DNA from: an uncultured Chloroflexia bacterium
GTDB taxonomy: Bacteria; Chloroflexota; Chloroflexia; QHBQ01; JADMIH01
DNA length: 64,000 nt
Direction of reading: 5' to 3'
NCBI GenBank assembly: GCA_963797095.1
Contig: CAWCNY010000006.1
Location: 864,001 to 928,000 of the forward strand
Made by a program: the position numbers and the translations under genes. Below are positions 26,873-35,285 of this stretch, piece by piece; within the stretch, counting starts at the first letter, position 1; every line of letters starts with the position of its first letter. The notes beneath the pieces were generated by a model that searched no databases, had not been told where the DNA came from, and saw nothing but the letters and a program-made list of their open reading frames with translations.

Positions 26873-28384
26873 ATGCAGAGTAGCGAGTTTCAGGCCGTTT
26901 GCGACCTGTCACCTGCCCTCACTAGTATTGTGAAGGAATTTGAGGGGCTCGTCAAACAACTTTGGATATATGCTCAACGCAACCCGGATGCTACTTTGAG
27001 CAGTCTCGAAGAAAGAGCACGTCAACTGCGCTCGGACTGTTTCGCCTCAGCCTTAGAAGCCGCAGCCCAACTGCATCGTGCCATGATAGAGGAAGAATGG
27101 CTGCTTGGGCACAAGCAGTGTGACTGCGGGCAGACACCCCAGTACAAGGGTAAGCAGCGGCGCACTGTGCAAACATGGGTAGGCACGGTCACATTGGAGA
27201 GAGGTTACTTCTACTGTAAAGGGTGTGGCACCGGACGCTACCCGCTGGATGAGGCTCTAGGCATACCCGCACGGGAACACTTCTCGGACGGAGTGCAACA
27301 AGGAGTGTGCCTGCTGGGTGTGCAGATGCCTTTCGAGCAGGCTGCACATGCAGTGGAGGTACTCACTGGCATGTCGGTCTCTCCAAGAGAAGCCGAGCGC
27401 ATGACTGAACAGAGGGGGCTTACATTAGAGGGGAGCTTGCAAGAGGAGAGGAGAGCTTGCAAGAGGAGAGGAGAGCTTGCAAGAGGAGAGGAGAGCTTGC
27501 AAGAGGAGAGGAGAGCTTGCAAGAGGAGAGGAGAGCTTGCAAGAGGAGAGGAGAGCTTGCAAGCAGAAGATCAAACGCTAGGGGCAAGTCCCACCTCTCA
27601 GAAAGGTTCAAAGGTTGCAGATGGAGCATTGGGCTTGGGCACATGGGCGGCGACGCTGGACGCTGGCAAGGTGCGCTACGAAGATGGGTGGCATGACGCT
27701 AAAGCGGGAGTGGTGTTTTGGGCCGAGCCTGCATACAACGAAGCAGGAGAGATAGAGGGGGCAAGAGCCACCCATCAGAGCTATGTGGCGGAGGTCGGCT
27801 CGATGGAGCGGGCAGGAAAGCGGTTGAGTGCTGAAGCATGGAGGAGAGGGATAGGCCCTGAGGAGCAGGTTGTATGTCTGGGAGATGGGGCACCCACCAA
27901 CTGGATACAGTTCGATGAGCACTTTGCCAACAGGGTAGAGGTACTCGACTGGTATCACGCCATGGAGCACCTGTGGCAAGCAGGTAATGGTATCTTCGGG
28001 CAGGGCACACCAGACGCCGCAAGATGGGTGAAGCGTTGGGAGAAGGAATTATGGGAGGGAAGGGTAGAAGCAGTCATTGTGGCTCTACACAGAGAGAGCA
28101 AACGTGAAGGGGAGGCGGGAGAAGCGGCACGAGAGCAGATTTATTACTTCCAGACGAACAAAGAGAGGATGCGCTACTCCGAGTACCGGGCATTGGGCTT
28201 CCCAGTTGGTTCAGGCACGGTGGAGAGTGCATGCAAGCGGCTGATTGGTGCCCGTCTCAAGGGAGCAGGCATGTGTTGGAGCAAACCAGGAGCACAAGGG
28301 GTGCTGACACTGAGAGCCGAACTGCTCAGTGAGAGGTGGGAGCAATGCTGGCCCAAAACTCGCCCTCTCAGAAAAGTCGCCTAA
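26873..28384 (+). CDS. ISKra4/UPF0236-type DDE transposase
   Basis: Zn-finger CDCG...YFYCKGC, YPLDEALG, LGDGA, LDWYHAMEHL, YRALGFPVGSGTVESACK, RLKGAGMCW. Confidence 0.9.
   Translation: MQSSEFQAVCDLSPALTSIVKEFEGLVKQLWIYAQRNPDATLSSLEERARQLRSDCFASALEAAAQLHRAMIEEEWLLGHKQCDCGQTPQYKGKQRRTVQTWVGTVTLERGYFYCKGCGTGRYPLDEALGIPAREHFSDGVQQGVCLLGVQMPFEQAAHAVEVLTGMSVSPREAERMTEQRGLTLEGSLQEERRACKRRGELARGEESLQEERRACKRRGELARGEESLQAEDQTLGASPTSQKGSKVADGALGLGTWAATLDAGKVRYEDGWHDAKAGVVFWAEPAYNEAGEIEGARATHQSYVAEVGSMERAGKRLSAEAWRRGIGPEEQVVCLGDGAPTNWIQFDEHFANRVEVLDWYHAMEHLWQAGNGIFGQGTPDAARWVKRWEKELWEGRVEAVIVALHRESKREGEAGEAAREQIYYFQTNKERMRYSEYRALGFPVGSGTVESACKRLIGARLKGAGMCWSKPGAQGVLTLRAELLSERWEQCWPKTRPLRKVA
27433..27563. 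repeat. Tandem repeat inside the transposase, 20-bp unit AAGAGGAGAGGAGAGCTTGC x6
   Basis: Six perfect units at 27441-27560 plus partial flanks. Confidence 0.95.
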
Positions 28385-28416
28385 ACGATGGCGCGCACCC
28401 GCCTCGACTGACGCGC

Positions 28417-28446
28417 TTGACACTACCCGCGCTCGTGCCCTATAAT
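28417..28446 (+). promoter_or_regulatory. Consensus sigma70 promoter of the yceD-rpmF-fab cluster
   Basis: TTGACA (28417) - 18 bp - TATAAT (28441). Confidence 0.8.
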
Positions 28447-28480
28447 GGTCAAGTTGACCTTCTTTTAGGGACGCGCGGAA

Positions 28481-29071
28481 ATGGAACATTCAGTCAACAA
28501 CGATCTCGTATATAATGTCGCCCAACTGCTCAAAGAGCGGGTCGGCTCAACGCGCCGATTGCCCATCGAGACGCCTTTGCTTACCCTTTACGATGAGGAT
28601 GGGAATGGCGTTGAAGCACACGATGTGAAAGGTGAGGTGAAGGTTACTCGCCTGAGCGATGGGGTGCTTGTGCAGGGAGAGGTGGAGGCGATGGTGGCTT
28701 TACAATGCAGCCGCTGCCTGGACGACCTTACTTTGCCGGTTGATGCGCGCCTGGAAGAGCAGTTCCAGCCGACGATCGATGTTGAGACCGGATATACTAT
28801 TCATCGTGCGGAGTACGAGCAGGACGACAACGCCTTCATGATTGACAGCAATCACTTGATGGACCTGTCGGAACCTGTGCGCCAGGCGCTACTGGTGGCA
28901 CTGCCGATGAGACCCGTTTGCCGTGAAGATTGCAAAGGCCTGTGCCCCGTGTGCGGAGCCAACCGTAACTATGTTGATTGCGGGCACGAAGAAGCGCAGG
29001 TAGACAGCCGTTGGGAAGGGCTGCGCGGGCTTGACCTTGCCGACTTCCCAGCCGACAGGAACATGAACTAA
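28481..29071 (+). CDS. YceD/DUF177 family protein
   Basis: CSRCL and LPMRPVCREDCKGLCPVCGAN...DSRW; directly upstream of rpmF. Confidence 0.9.
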   Translation: MEHSVNNDLVYNVAQLLKERVGSTRRLPIETPLLTLYDEDGNGVEAHDVKGEVKVTRLSDGVLVQGEVEAMVALQCSRCLDDLTLPVDARLEEQFQPTIDVETGYTIHRAEYEQDDNAFMIDSNHLMDLSEPVRQALLVALPMRPVCREDCKGLCPVCGANRNYVDCGHEEAQVDSRWEGLRGLDLADFPADRNMN

Positions 29072-29160
29072 GTTATTTCGTACGAATACTTCGTATTGCG
29101 TATTCTTGGAGATTATGTGATAAGAAGTAGGCAGTATAGTAGGGAGTAAGGAGACGAGCC

Positions 29161-29361
29161 ATGGGTGCCACACCCAAACAGAGAATATCAAATAAGCACC
29201 GTCATGACCGCCGCAGCCACCAGCATATCAAGCCGCTGCACCTTGTGGACTGCCCGCAGTGCCACAACCCGCGCCTGCCTCACCATGTCTGCCCGGTGTG
29301 TGGGACATATAGGGGCCGCCAGGTGTTGCAGATCAAGACGGCAGATACCCAGCAGAGCTAA
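29161..29361 (+). CDS. rpmF: 50S ribosomal protein L32 (Zn-binding form)
   Basis: MGATPKQRIS...CPQC...PHHVCPVCGTYRGRQV. Confidence 0.95.
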   Translation: MGATPKQRISNKHRHDRRSHQHIKPLHLVDCPQCHNPRLPHHVCPVCGTYRGRQVLQIKTADTQQS

Positions 29362-29560
29362 AACCGACGCATATATTCAAGACGTAAAACGTAAAGCGTC
29401 TGACGTAGTACAGCGTGGTGCTGCGCGCTACTTGTTTTTCATACCAATGAAACTTGTATGCAGCATAGAGTAAGCAGTACAATGTACGGGTCACGAGCCT
29501 TACGTTTCACGTTTTGTGCTTTCCGGCTCATCCGCCATATTCCAGGGGAGACAGCGCAGG

Positions 29561-30562
29561 TTGGGTAAATACGCAGCTATTACCGGCTGGGGGAGCACGG
29601 TACCCGAACGGGTCCTTACAAATTCCGATCTCGAAAAGATCGTCGAGACATCCGACGAGTGGATCACGTCGCGTACCGGCATAAAAGAGCGCCATGTGGT
29701 GGGCGAGGGTGAGTCGACGGTCACGTTGGCCGTGGCTGCTGCCCGCCAGGCACTGGAGTGCGCCAACGTATCACCCTGGCAGGTTGATCTGGTTATTTGC
29801 TGTACTGCCACGCCCGATTACCTCTTCCCGGCTACGGCATGCCTGGTGCAGCACGAAATCGGGGCCGAGAACGCCGGCGCTTTTGACCTCGAAGCCGCCT
29901 GTTCGGGCTTCATATATGGTTTGAGTGTCGGAAGCCAGTTTGTGAAGGCAGGATCATACAAGACTGTGCTGGTGGTTGCCGCCGAATCTCTGTCGCGATT
30001 TGTTGATTGGGAAGACCGCAAAACTTGCGTATTATTCGGAGACGGGGCGGGGGCGGTGGTGCTCCAGGCATCTGACCACAAGAGCGGGCTGCTTTCGTTC
30101 GTGCTTGGCTCGCACGGCGTGGGCGAGGACCTGATCAAGCTCCCTGCCGGGGGCGCTGCCTACCCTGCAACACCGGATACGATCCAGAACCGTGGGCATT
30201 TCATCAAGATGAACGGGCAAGAGGTATACCGGTTCGCGGTGCGGATCATGGGCAACTCGGCGGTTACAGCTCTCGATAAGGCGGGCCTCGAATACGATGA
30301 TATTTCGCTTTTCATACCGCACCAGGCCAACCTCCGCATTATTTCTTCAATTGCCGAGCGGCTCAAGCTCCCGCCCGACAAGGTGTTCCTGAATATTGAC
30401 AGGTACGGCAACACTTCTGCCGCCTCGATCCCGATTGCGTTGTGTGAGGCTGTGGATATGGGCAAAGTCCTGCCAGGAGACAACCTGCTCTTTGTGGCCT
30501 TTGGAGCCGGCTTGACGAGCGCTGCCTCTGTGATTCGATGGGGAGGGGCTGCAACCCCGTGA
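29561..30562 (+). CDS. fabH: Beta-ketoacyl-ACP synthase III
   Basis: ETSDEWITSRTGI, AACSGF, PHQAN, YGNTSAASIP; probable TTG start at 29561. Confidence 0.95.
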   Translation: MGKYAAITGWGSTVPERVLTNSDLEKIVETSDEWITSRTGIKERHVVGEGESTVTLAVAAARQALECANVSPWQVDLVICCTATPDYLFPATACLVQHEIGAENAGAFDLEAACSGFIYGLSVGSQFVKAGSYKTVLVVAAESLSRFVDWEDRKTCVLFGDGAGAVVLQASDHKSGLLSFVLGSHGVGEDLIKLPAGGAAYPATPDTIQNRGHFIKMNGQEVYRFAVRIMGNSAVTALDKAGLEYDDISLFIPHQANLRIISSIAERLKLPPDKVFLNIDRYGNTSAASIPIALCEAVDMGKVLPGDNLLFVAFGAGLTSAASVIRWGGAATP

Positions 30563-31491
30563 GCGCATTGTTCGGGCCGGAGGCTCGCGTGGCATGGGTC
30601 TTTCCGGGCCAGGGATCGCAGAGTGTGGGCATGGGCAAAGCACTGTACGATGCCTACCCGGACGTGCGGATTCTTTACGGGCGCGCCGACCAGGTGCTTG
30701 GATATTCTCTTTCGACGCTTTGTTTTGAGGGGCCGGCAGAGGAATTGCAGCAGACCAACAACGCGCAGCCTGCCTTGCTGGTGACTGAGGTGGCGCACCT
30801 GGAGGCGCTGAGGCTTGGCTATCCCGGCGAGTTCGACCATGCGAAGTTTGTGGCGGGCCACAGCCTGGGCGAATATACGGCGCTGGTGGCTGCTCATGCC
30901 CTCGACTTTGAGGCGGCACTCAAGCTGGTGGCCGAACGCGGCAGGCTAATGCAGGCGGTTGGTGAGGCCCTTGGCACGCCAACGGGGATGGTAGCGGTGC
31001 TGGGCATCCCTGATGATGTGCTGGCGGAAGTGTGCGAGGCGGTGGGTGTTGACATAGCGAACCTGAACGCGCCAGGTCAGGTTGTAATCAGCGGCCCGCT
31101 GGACGCTCTGGAAAAGGCGTCGGCGCTCGCGAAGGAGCGTGGGGCGCGGCGCGTAGTGCCATTACAAGTGAGCGCGGCCTTTCACTCGCGGTGGATGCGC
31201 GCTATGTCGGACGAGTTTGCGGCGTATATTGATGCGACACATGTTGCCGATCCGACGGTGTCTGTTGTGGCTAATGTGACCGCCCGCCCTGTTCGGCAGC
31301 CCGAAGTGATAAAGCGCCTGTTGCGTGAGCAAACGTACTCTTCCGTGCGGTGGATAGAATCGGTACAATATATGGTGGATCATGACATTGATACATTCGT
31401 GGAGATGGGGCCGGGCAAGGTGCTTTCGGGTTTGATAAAAAGGATCGCACCCGAAGCGCATATCTACTCTTCCGAAGACCTGCTGGCTTAG
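30559..31491 (+). CDS. fabD: Malonyl-CoA:ACP transacylase
   Basis: FPGQGSQ, AGHSLGEY, VSAAFHS; GTGA overlap with fabH. Confidence 0.95.
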   Translation: MSALFGPEARVAWVFPGQGSQSVGMGKALYDAYPDVRILYGRADQVLGYSLSTLCFEGPAEELQQTNNAQPALLVTEVAHLEALRLGYPGEFDHAKFVAGHSLGEYTALVAAHALDFEAALKLVAERGRLMQAVGEALGTPTGMVAVLGIPDDVLAEVCEAVGVDIANLNAPGQVVISGPLDALEKASALAKERGARRVVPLQVSAAFHSRWMRAMSDEFAAYIDATHVADPTVSVVANVTARPVRQPEVIKRLLREQTYSSVRWIESVQYMVDHDIDTFVEMGPGKVLSGLIKRIAPEAHIYSSEDLLA

Positions 31492-31502
31492 GGGCTGAGA
31501 GC

Positions 31503-31820
31503 GTGGTTAGAGTAATTGCTGAAGTAACGTTTTCCCCATTGGGTACGGCTACACCAAGCCTGAGTAGATATGTGGTCGCCGCGCTGGAGGTGCTCAAGCA
31601 TCACCCGGAAGTAGAGCACCAGTTAAATCCGATGGGCACAGTTCTTGAAGGGGAGCGTAAAGATATCCTGGCTGTGGTAGAAGCGATGAACGAGGCGATC
31701 TTTGCCGCAGGCGCACCGCGCGTGGGCACCACTCTCAAGATCGATGAGAGACGCGATAAGCCTGCTTCGATGCAGCACAAAGTGGATGTTGTCAAGGAGG
31801 GTTTGGAGCGTGACGAGTGA
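31503..31820 (+). CDS. MTH1187/DUF77 thiamine-binding family protein
   Basis: SLSRYV, LNPMGTVLEGE, RVGTTLKIDERRDK. Confidence 0.85.
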   Translation: MVRVIAEVTFSPLGTATPSLSRYVVAALEVLKHHPEVEHQLNPMGTVLEGERKDILAVVEAMNEAIFAAGAPRVGTTLKIDERRDKPASMQHKVDVVKEGLERDE

Positions 31821-31868
31821 TGAGTATTGAATACTGCTTATACTCGCCACTCGTCACGCATCAAGGTC

Positions 31869-33257
31869 ATGTTTGAGAGAATACTGATAGCCAACCGAGG
31901 CGAAATAGCCATGCGCATTATCCGCGCCTGCCACGAGTTGGGCATACAAGCTGTGGTGGCCTATTCGGAGGCCGACCGAGATTCGCTGCCTGTGCGCCTC
32001 GCAGACGAAGCGATCTGCATTGGCCCTGCCGCGCCTGGGCGATCCTATCTACATATCCCTTCTATTATCAGTGCGGCAGAAATGACAGGGTGCGACGCCA
32101 TACACCCAGGTTATGGTTTCCTTTCCGAGAATCCCTATATCGCGGAGATTTGCGAGAAGATCGACCTTACGTTCATTGGACCTACTACTGATGCGATCCG
32201 GTCGATGGCAGACAAGGTGATGGCACGCAAAGTGATGCGCGAAGCTGGGCTACCGATCATCCCAGGTACAGAAGAAAGCCTCTTGAACGTAGACCAGGCC
32301 CGCACGGTAGCGGAGGATATTGGTTATCCGCTGTTGATGAAAGCGGTAGGTGGGGGAGGCGGACGCGGCATGCGCGTGGTGAACTCGCCCGATGAGTTAG
32401 CGGAGGCTTATAACGTGGCGCGAAGCGAGGCATCGCTGGCCTTCGGCAACCCCGATGTGTATCTTGAGCGGTATTTAATCAGGCCTCGGCACATCGAGGT
32501 GCAGGTGCTGGCCGACAAGCACGGGAATGTGGTGCACCTGGGCACTCGCGACTGCTCGCTGCAACGCCGCCACCAGAAGATCGTGGAGGAAGCGCCCGCT
32601 CCCGGTCTCTCTCGCTCCATGCTGGATGAAATTGGAATGACTGCTGTGCGAGGGGCGCGAGCGATAGGGTATACGACCGTTGGCACGTTCGAGTTCTTGC
32701 TTGATGAGCAAGGCGATTTCTACTTCATTGAGATGAATACCCGCATCCAGGTGGAGCATGGGATCACGGAGATGATCACGGGTATGGACCTGGTGAAATG
32801 GCAGATCAGGGTGGCTGCCGGGGATGCGCTTGATTTCGGCCAGGACGATATTGAATTCAGGGGACATGCAATCGAGTGCCGGATCAATGCGGAAGATGTG
32901 TCACGCAATTTCCTGCCGGGCGGGGGTCTGATCGAGTTATTTCTGGCACCCGGTGGGCCTGGTGTGCGGGTCGATTCGCATCTCTATTCGGGTTATACGG
33001 CCCCTTCCAACTACGACTCTTTGCTTGGCAAATTGATGACCTGGGGGCGCGACCGCGACGAGGCGATCCGCCGGATGAGACGCGCTCTGATCGAGACGAT
33101 CATTATCGGTCTGCCGACAACCATACCGTTCCACCAGGAGATCATGGAAGACGAGCGTTTCGTGGTAGGTGAGGTGCACACATCGCTGGTGTCGGACTGG
33201 CTTGCAGAGCAGTCGGCGGCTCAGGAAGCCGAAGCTATAGCCTCCGGCAAGCGCTAG
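31869..33257 (+). CDS. accC: Acetyl-CoA carboxylase, biotin carboxylase subunit
   Basis: ILIANRGEIA, IHPGYGFLSEN, GGGGRGMR, RDCSLQRRHQK, EMNTRIQVEH. Confidence 0.95.
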   Translation: MFERILIANRGEIAMRIIRACHELGIQAVVAYSEADRDSLPVRLADEAICIGPAAPGRSYLHIPSIISAAEMTGCDAIHPGYGFLSENPYIAEICEKIDLTFIGPTTDAIRSMADKVMARKVMREAGLPIIPGTEESLLNVDQARTVAEDIGYPLLMKAVGGGGGRGMRVVNSPDELAEAYNVARSEASLAFGNPDVYLERYLIRPRHIEVQVLADKHGNVVHLGTRDCSLQRRHQKIVEEAPAPGLSRSMLDEIGMTAVRGARAIGYTTVGTFEFLLDEQGDFYFIEMNTRIQVEHGITEMITGMDLVKWQIRVAAGDALDFGQDDIEFRGHAIECRINAEDVSRNFLPGGGLIELFLAPGGPGVRVDSHLYSGYTAPSNYDSLLGKLMTWGRDRDEAIRRMRRALIETIIIGLPTTIPFHQEIMEDERFVVGEVHTSLVSDWLAEQSAAQEAEAIASGKR

Positions 33258-33281
33258 ATTGGTGGGTAAAGAGGAGTAACC

Positions 33282-33623
33282 ATGCAAGAAACTAAACTCG
33301 GCACAGTCCGGATCGCGCCCAGCGTTATCGCAATGATCGTGAGCCTGACGGCCCGCGCGGTTGAGGGTGTGGCTGAAATGAGCCAGGTATCGCATCCCCC
33401 AACGAGGATGATAGCCCGGTCCAACACAGGCACCGCGCCCGGTGTTACTCTCCAGGTGCGTAGCGGGTCTATTTCTGCCGATGTTTATATTGTAGCCCAG
33501 CCCGAAGCCAAGCTTCATAGACTTGGGTTGACCTTGCAACGAAAGATCCGCGAGGCATTGGACCAGATGGTGGGCATCCCAGCCGAGCAGGTGAACGTGT
33601 ATATCGAGGATGTCACCGAGTGA
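33282..33623 (+). CDS. Asp23/Gls24 family envelope stress protein
   Basis: LGTVRIAPSVIA...VEGV...VNVYIEDV; conserved accC-asp23-nusB context. Confidence 0.85.
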   Translation: MQETKLGTVRIAPSVIAMIVSLTARAVEGVAEMSQVSHPPTRMIARSNTGTAPGVTLQVRSGSISADVYIVAQPEAKLHRLGLTLQRKIREALDQMVGIPAEQVNVYIEDVTE

Positions 33624-33667
33624 TTACGGATTACCCGAAAGCCGAGTAATTCGTTATCTTATATTGT

Positions 33668-34219
33668 ATGGTTTCTTCCCGACGCCAGGCTCGCATAGCT
33701 GCCCTACAGACCCTTTACGAGGTCGATTCGACCGGACATCTTGTTGAGGATGTGTTGCGCCGCAACCTGGACGAACCAGCCTCCGAGAATCCAAATTCGT
33801 TGCCTTTGGCCGATCCGGCGGGACGCGAGTTTGCGCGCGATCTTGTCCTGGGGGTGTTAGAGAACGCGCATGAGTTGGATGTGCTGATTGAAAAGTCGGC
33901 TCCCAACTGGCCTATCGAGCAGATGTCGCGTATTGACAAGACCATATTGAGGCTTGCAATTTTCGAGATTCTATTTGATAATAGAGTGCCTCTGAAGGCG
34001 GCGATCAACGAGGCTGTTGAGCTTGGGAAGCGCTTTGGGAGTGACAGCTCCAGCCGGTTTATCAACGGAGTGCTTGGCACAGTGGCTGCTGAGAATCAGC
34101 ACCGAGCACGCAAGGACGGTCCGAAAGGAAGCGTTGCCGCCACTTATGATGAGGCGGATACAGATTTATCTGGCGATACGGGTTACGGTATTGAAAATCT
34201 AGAAGAGGAGCAAGCATAG
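33668..34219 (+). CDS. nusB: Transcription antitermination factor NusB
   Basis: RRQARIAALQTLY, DKTILRLA, AINEAVELGKRFG, FINGVLG. Confidence 0.95.
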   Translation: MVSSRRQARIAALQTLYEVDSTGHLVEDVLRRNLDEPASENPNSLPLADPAGREFARDLVLGVLENAHELDVLIEKSAPNWPIEQMSRIDKTILRLAIFEILFDNRVPLKAAINEAVELGKRFGSDSSSRFINGVLGTVAAENQHRARKDGPKGSVAATYDEADTDLSGDTGYGIENLEEEQA

Positions 34220-34274
34220 AATCGCACCGGACCATGCCTAGCATATGATCCGGGTGTGACCGCGCTCGCAGCAT

Positions 34275-34526
34275 ATGGCAATTAATCAACGGAATGAAGT
34301 TTACAAGAAGCTCAGGGGCCTGTTGGCCGACGCTTTAGGGGCCGATGAGGACGAAGTGACCTGGGAAACCAACGTCTATGATGACCTCAACGCTGACGCT
34401 ATAGAGTTCCACGACGAAGTGATCCCTATGATCGAGGAGGAGTTCGCCGTGGTGATATCGGACGATGATGTGCCGGACCTCACCACTGTACGTGATCTGG
34501 TAGACTACGTGGTAGAAATCATCTAA
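34275..34526 (+). CDS. Acyl carrier protein-like, lacking the phosphopantetheinylated Ser
   Basis: Acidic 83-aa ACP pattern (LGADEDEV...IEEEF...LTTVRDLVDYV), but DDLNADAIE where DLGADSLD is expected. Confidence 0.75.
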   Translation: MAINQRNEVYKKLRGLLADALGADEDEVTWETNVYDDLNADAIEFHDEVIPMIEEEFAVVISDDDVPDLTTVRDLVDYVVEII

Positions 34527-34556
34527 TACCCCTTTGGGGAAAGGAGACAGATACGA

Positions 34557-34982
34557 ATGGCAACAGCTGCTGAACACCTCAGACAGGTGCTGGAGAAGGA
34601 ATACGGTGTAGGCGCAGACGAAGCGGAGGCTCTGGACAACGCTGCTCTGCGCGATATGCTGCTGAGCAAGATCGCTGAGAACAAGTACAAAGTGAGCCCT
34701 TCGGAGCTTGAGGGTAGCGATACTCAGGGCATGATCACCGTCCTCATGCAGAACATGGTCAGCGATCTGCTGAAGGTTGACAAGAGCAAGGTAACATCCG
34801 ACACATCGTTCTCCGACCTCGGAGCCGACTCGCTCGATATGGTCGAGTTGTTGATGACTATAGAGGATACCTTCGAGCCGTTTGGTGAACTGAAGATCCC
34901 CGAAGAGGACGCGAATATCGGTACTGTGGGTGAGGCTGTCGAACGCATAGACAGCTATATCAATGATTACGTACGTGCGTAG
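34557..34982 (+). CDS. acpP: Acyl carrier protein with ~56-aa N-terminal extension
   Basis: [20 protein letters not shown]...IPEEDA...TVGEAV; AAGGAG RBS. Confidence 0.8.
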   Translation: MATAAEHLRQVLEKEYGVGADEAEALDNAALRDMLLSKIAENKYKVSPSELEGSDTQGMITVLMQNMVSDLLKVDKSKVTSDTSFSDLGADSLDMVELLMTIEDTFEPFGELKIPEEDANIGTVGEAVERIDSYINDYVRA

Positions 34983-35100
34983 TAGCAACCACGCACGGCG
35001 AATCAACACGAGTCATCCCGAATTTTGGATTCGTGCGTAACACCCATCAACGACGCATTCTAACGCCCTAACCTCTCCCCGATTTGTTGGAGGAGGGACG

Positions 35101-35153
35101 TTCTAAAATAGAGGAAAATGGCGGCGTAACCGCCATTTTCCTCTATTTTAGAA
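35101..35153. terminator. Long perfect hairpin, probable bidirectional terminator
   Basis: 24-bp perfect inverted repeat TTCTAAAATAGAGGAAAATGGCGG with a 5-nt loop. Confidence 0.75.
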
Positions 35154-35285
35154 GCCGTGCTGTACGCCCGCGAACGTCAAGCTAGACTTCGGGATGACTA
35201 ATGCCATCTTCATGAAATTGGGCGAGCCTGAAAGGTGTGCCTCTCTGGGTTGCGGCGGGCGCGCACCTGCGCCTATAATGATTTT

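Larger units (their letters stand above)
26785..28400 (+). mobile_element. Complete ISKra4-like insertion sequence (1616 bp)
   Basis: 21-bp terminal inverted repeats (26785-26805 and 28380-28400, 20/21 match); 9-bp direct repeat GCCTCGACT at 26776-26784 and 28401-28409. Confidence 0.92.

Noticed and set aside
27433-27563. Possible CRISPR array or mini-array in the IS
   Set aside because: Pure tandem repeat without spacers, inside a coding frame.
34983-35240. Possible ncRNA or small ORF between acpP and tatC
   Set aside because: Only the hairpin and a degenerate palindrome are supportable; no tRNA, 6S or riboswitch signature recognised by eye. An Rfam scan would settle it.
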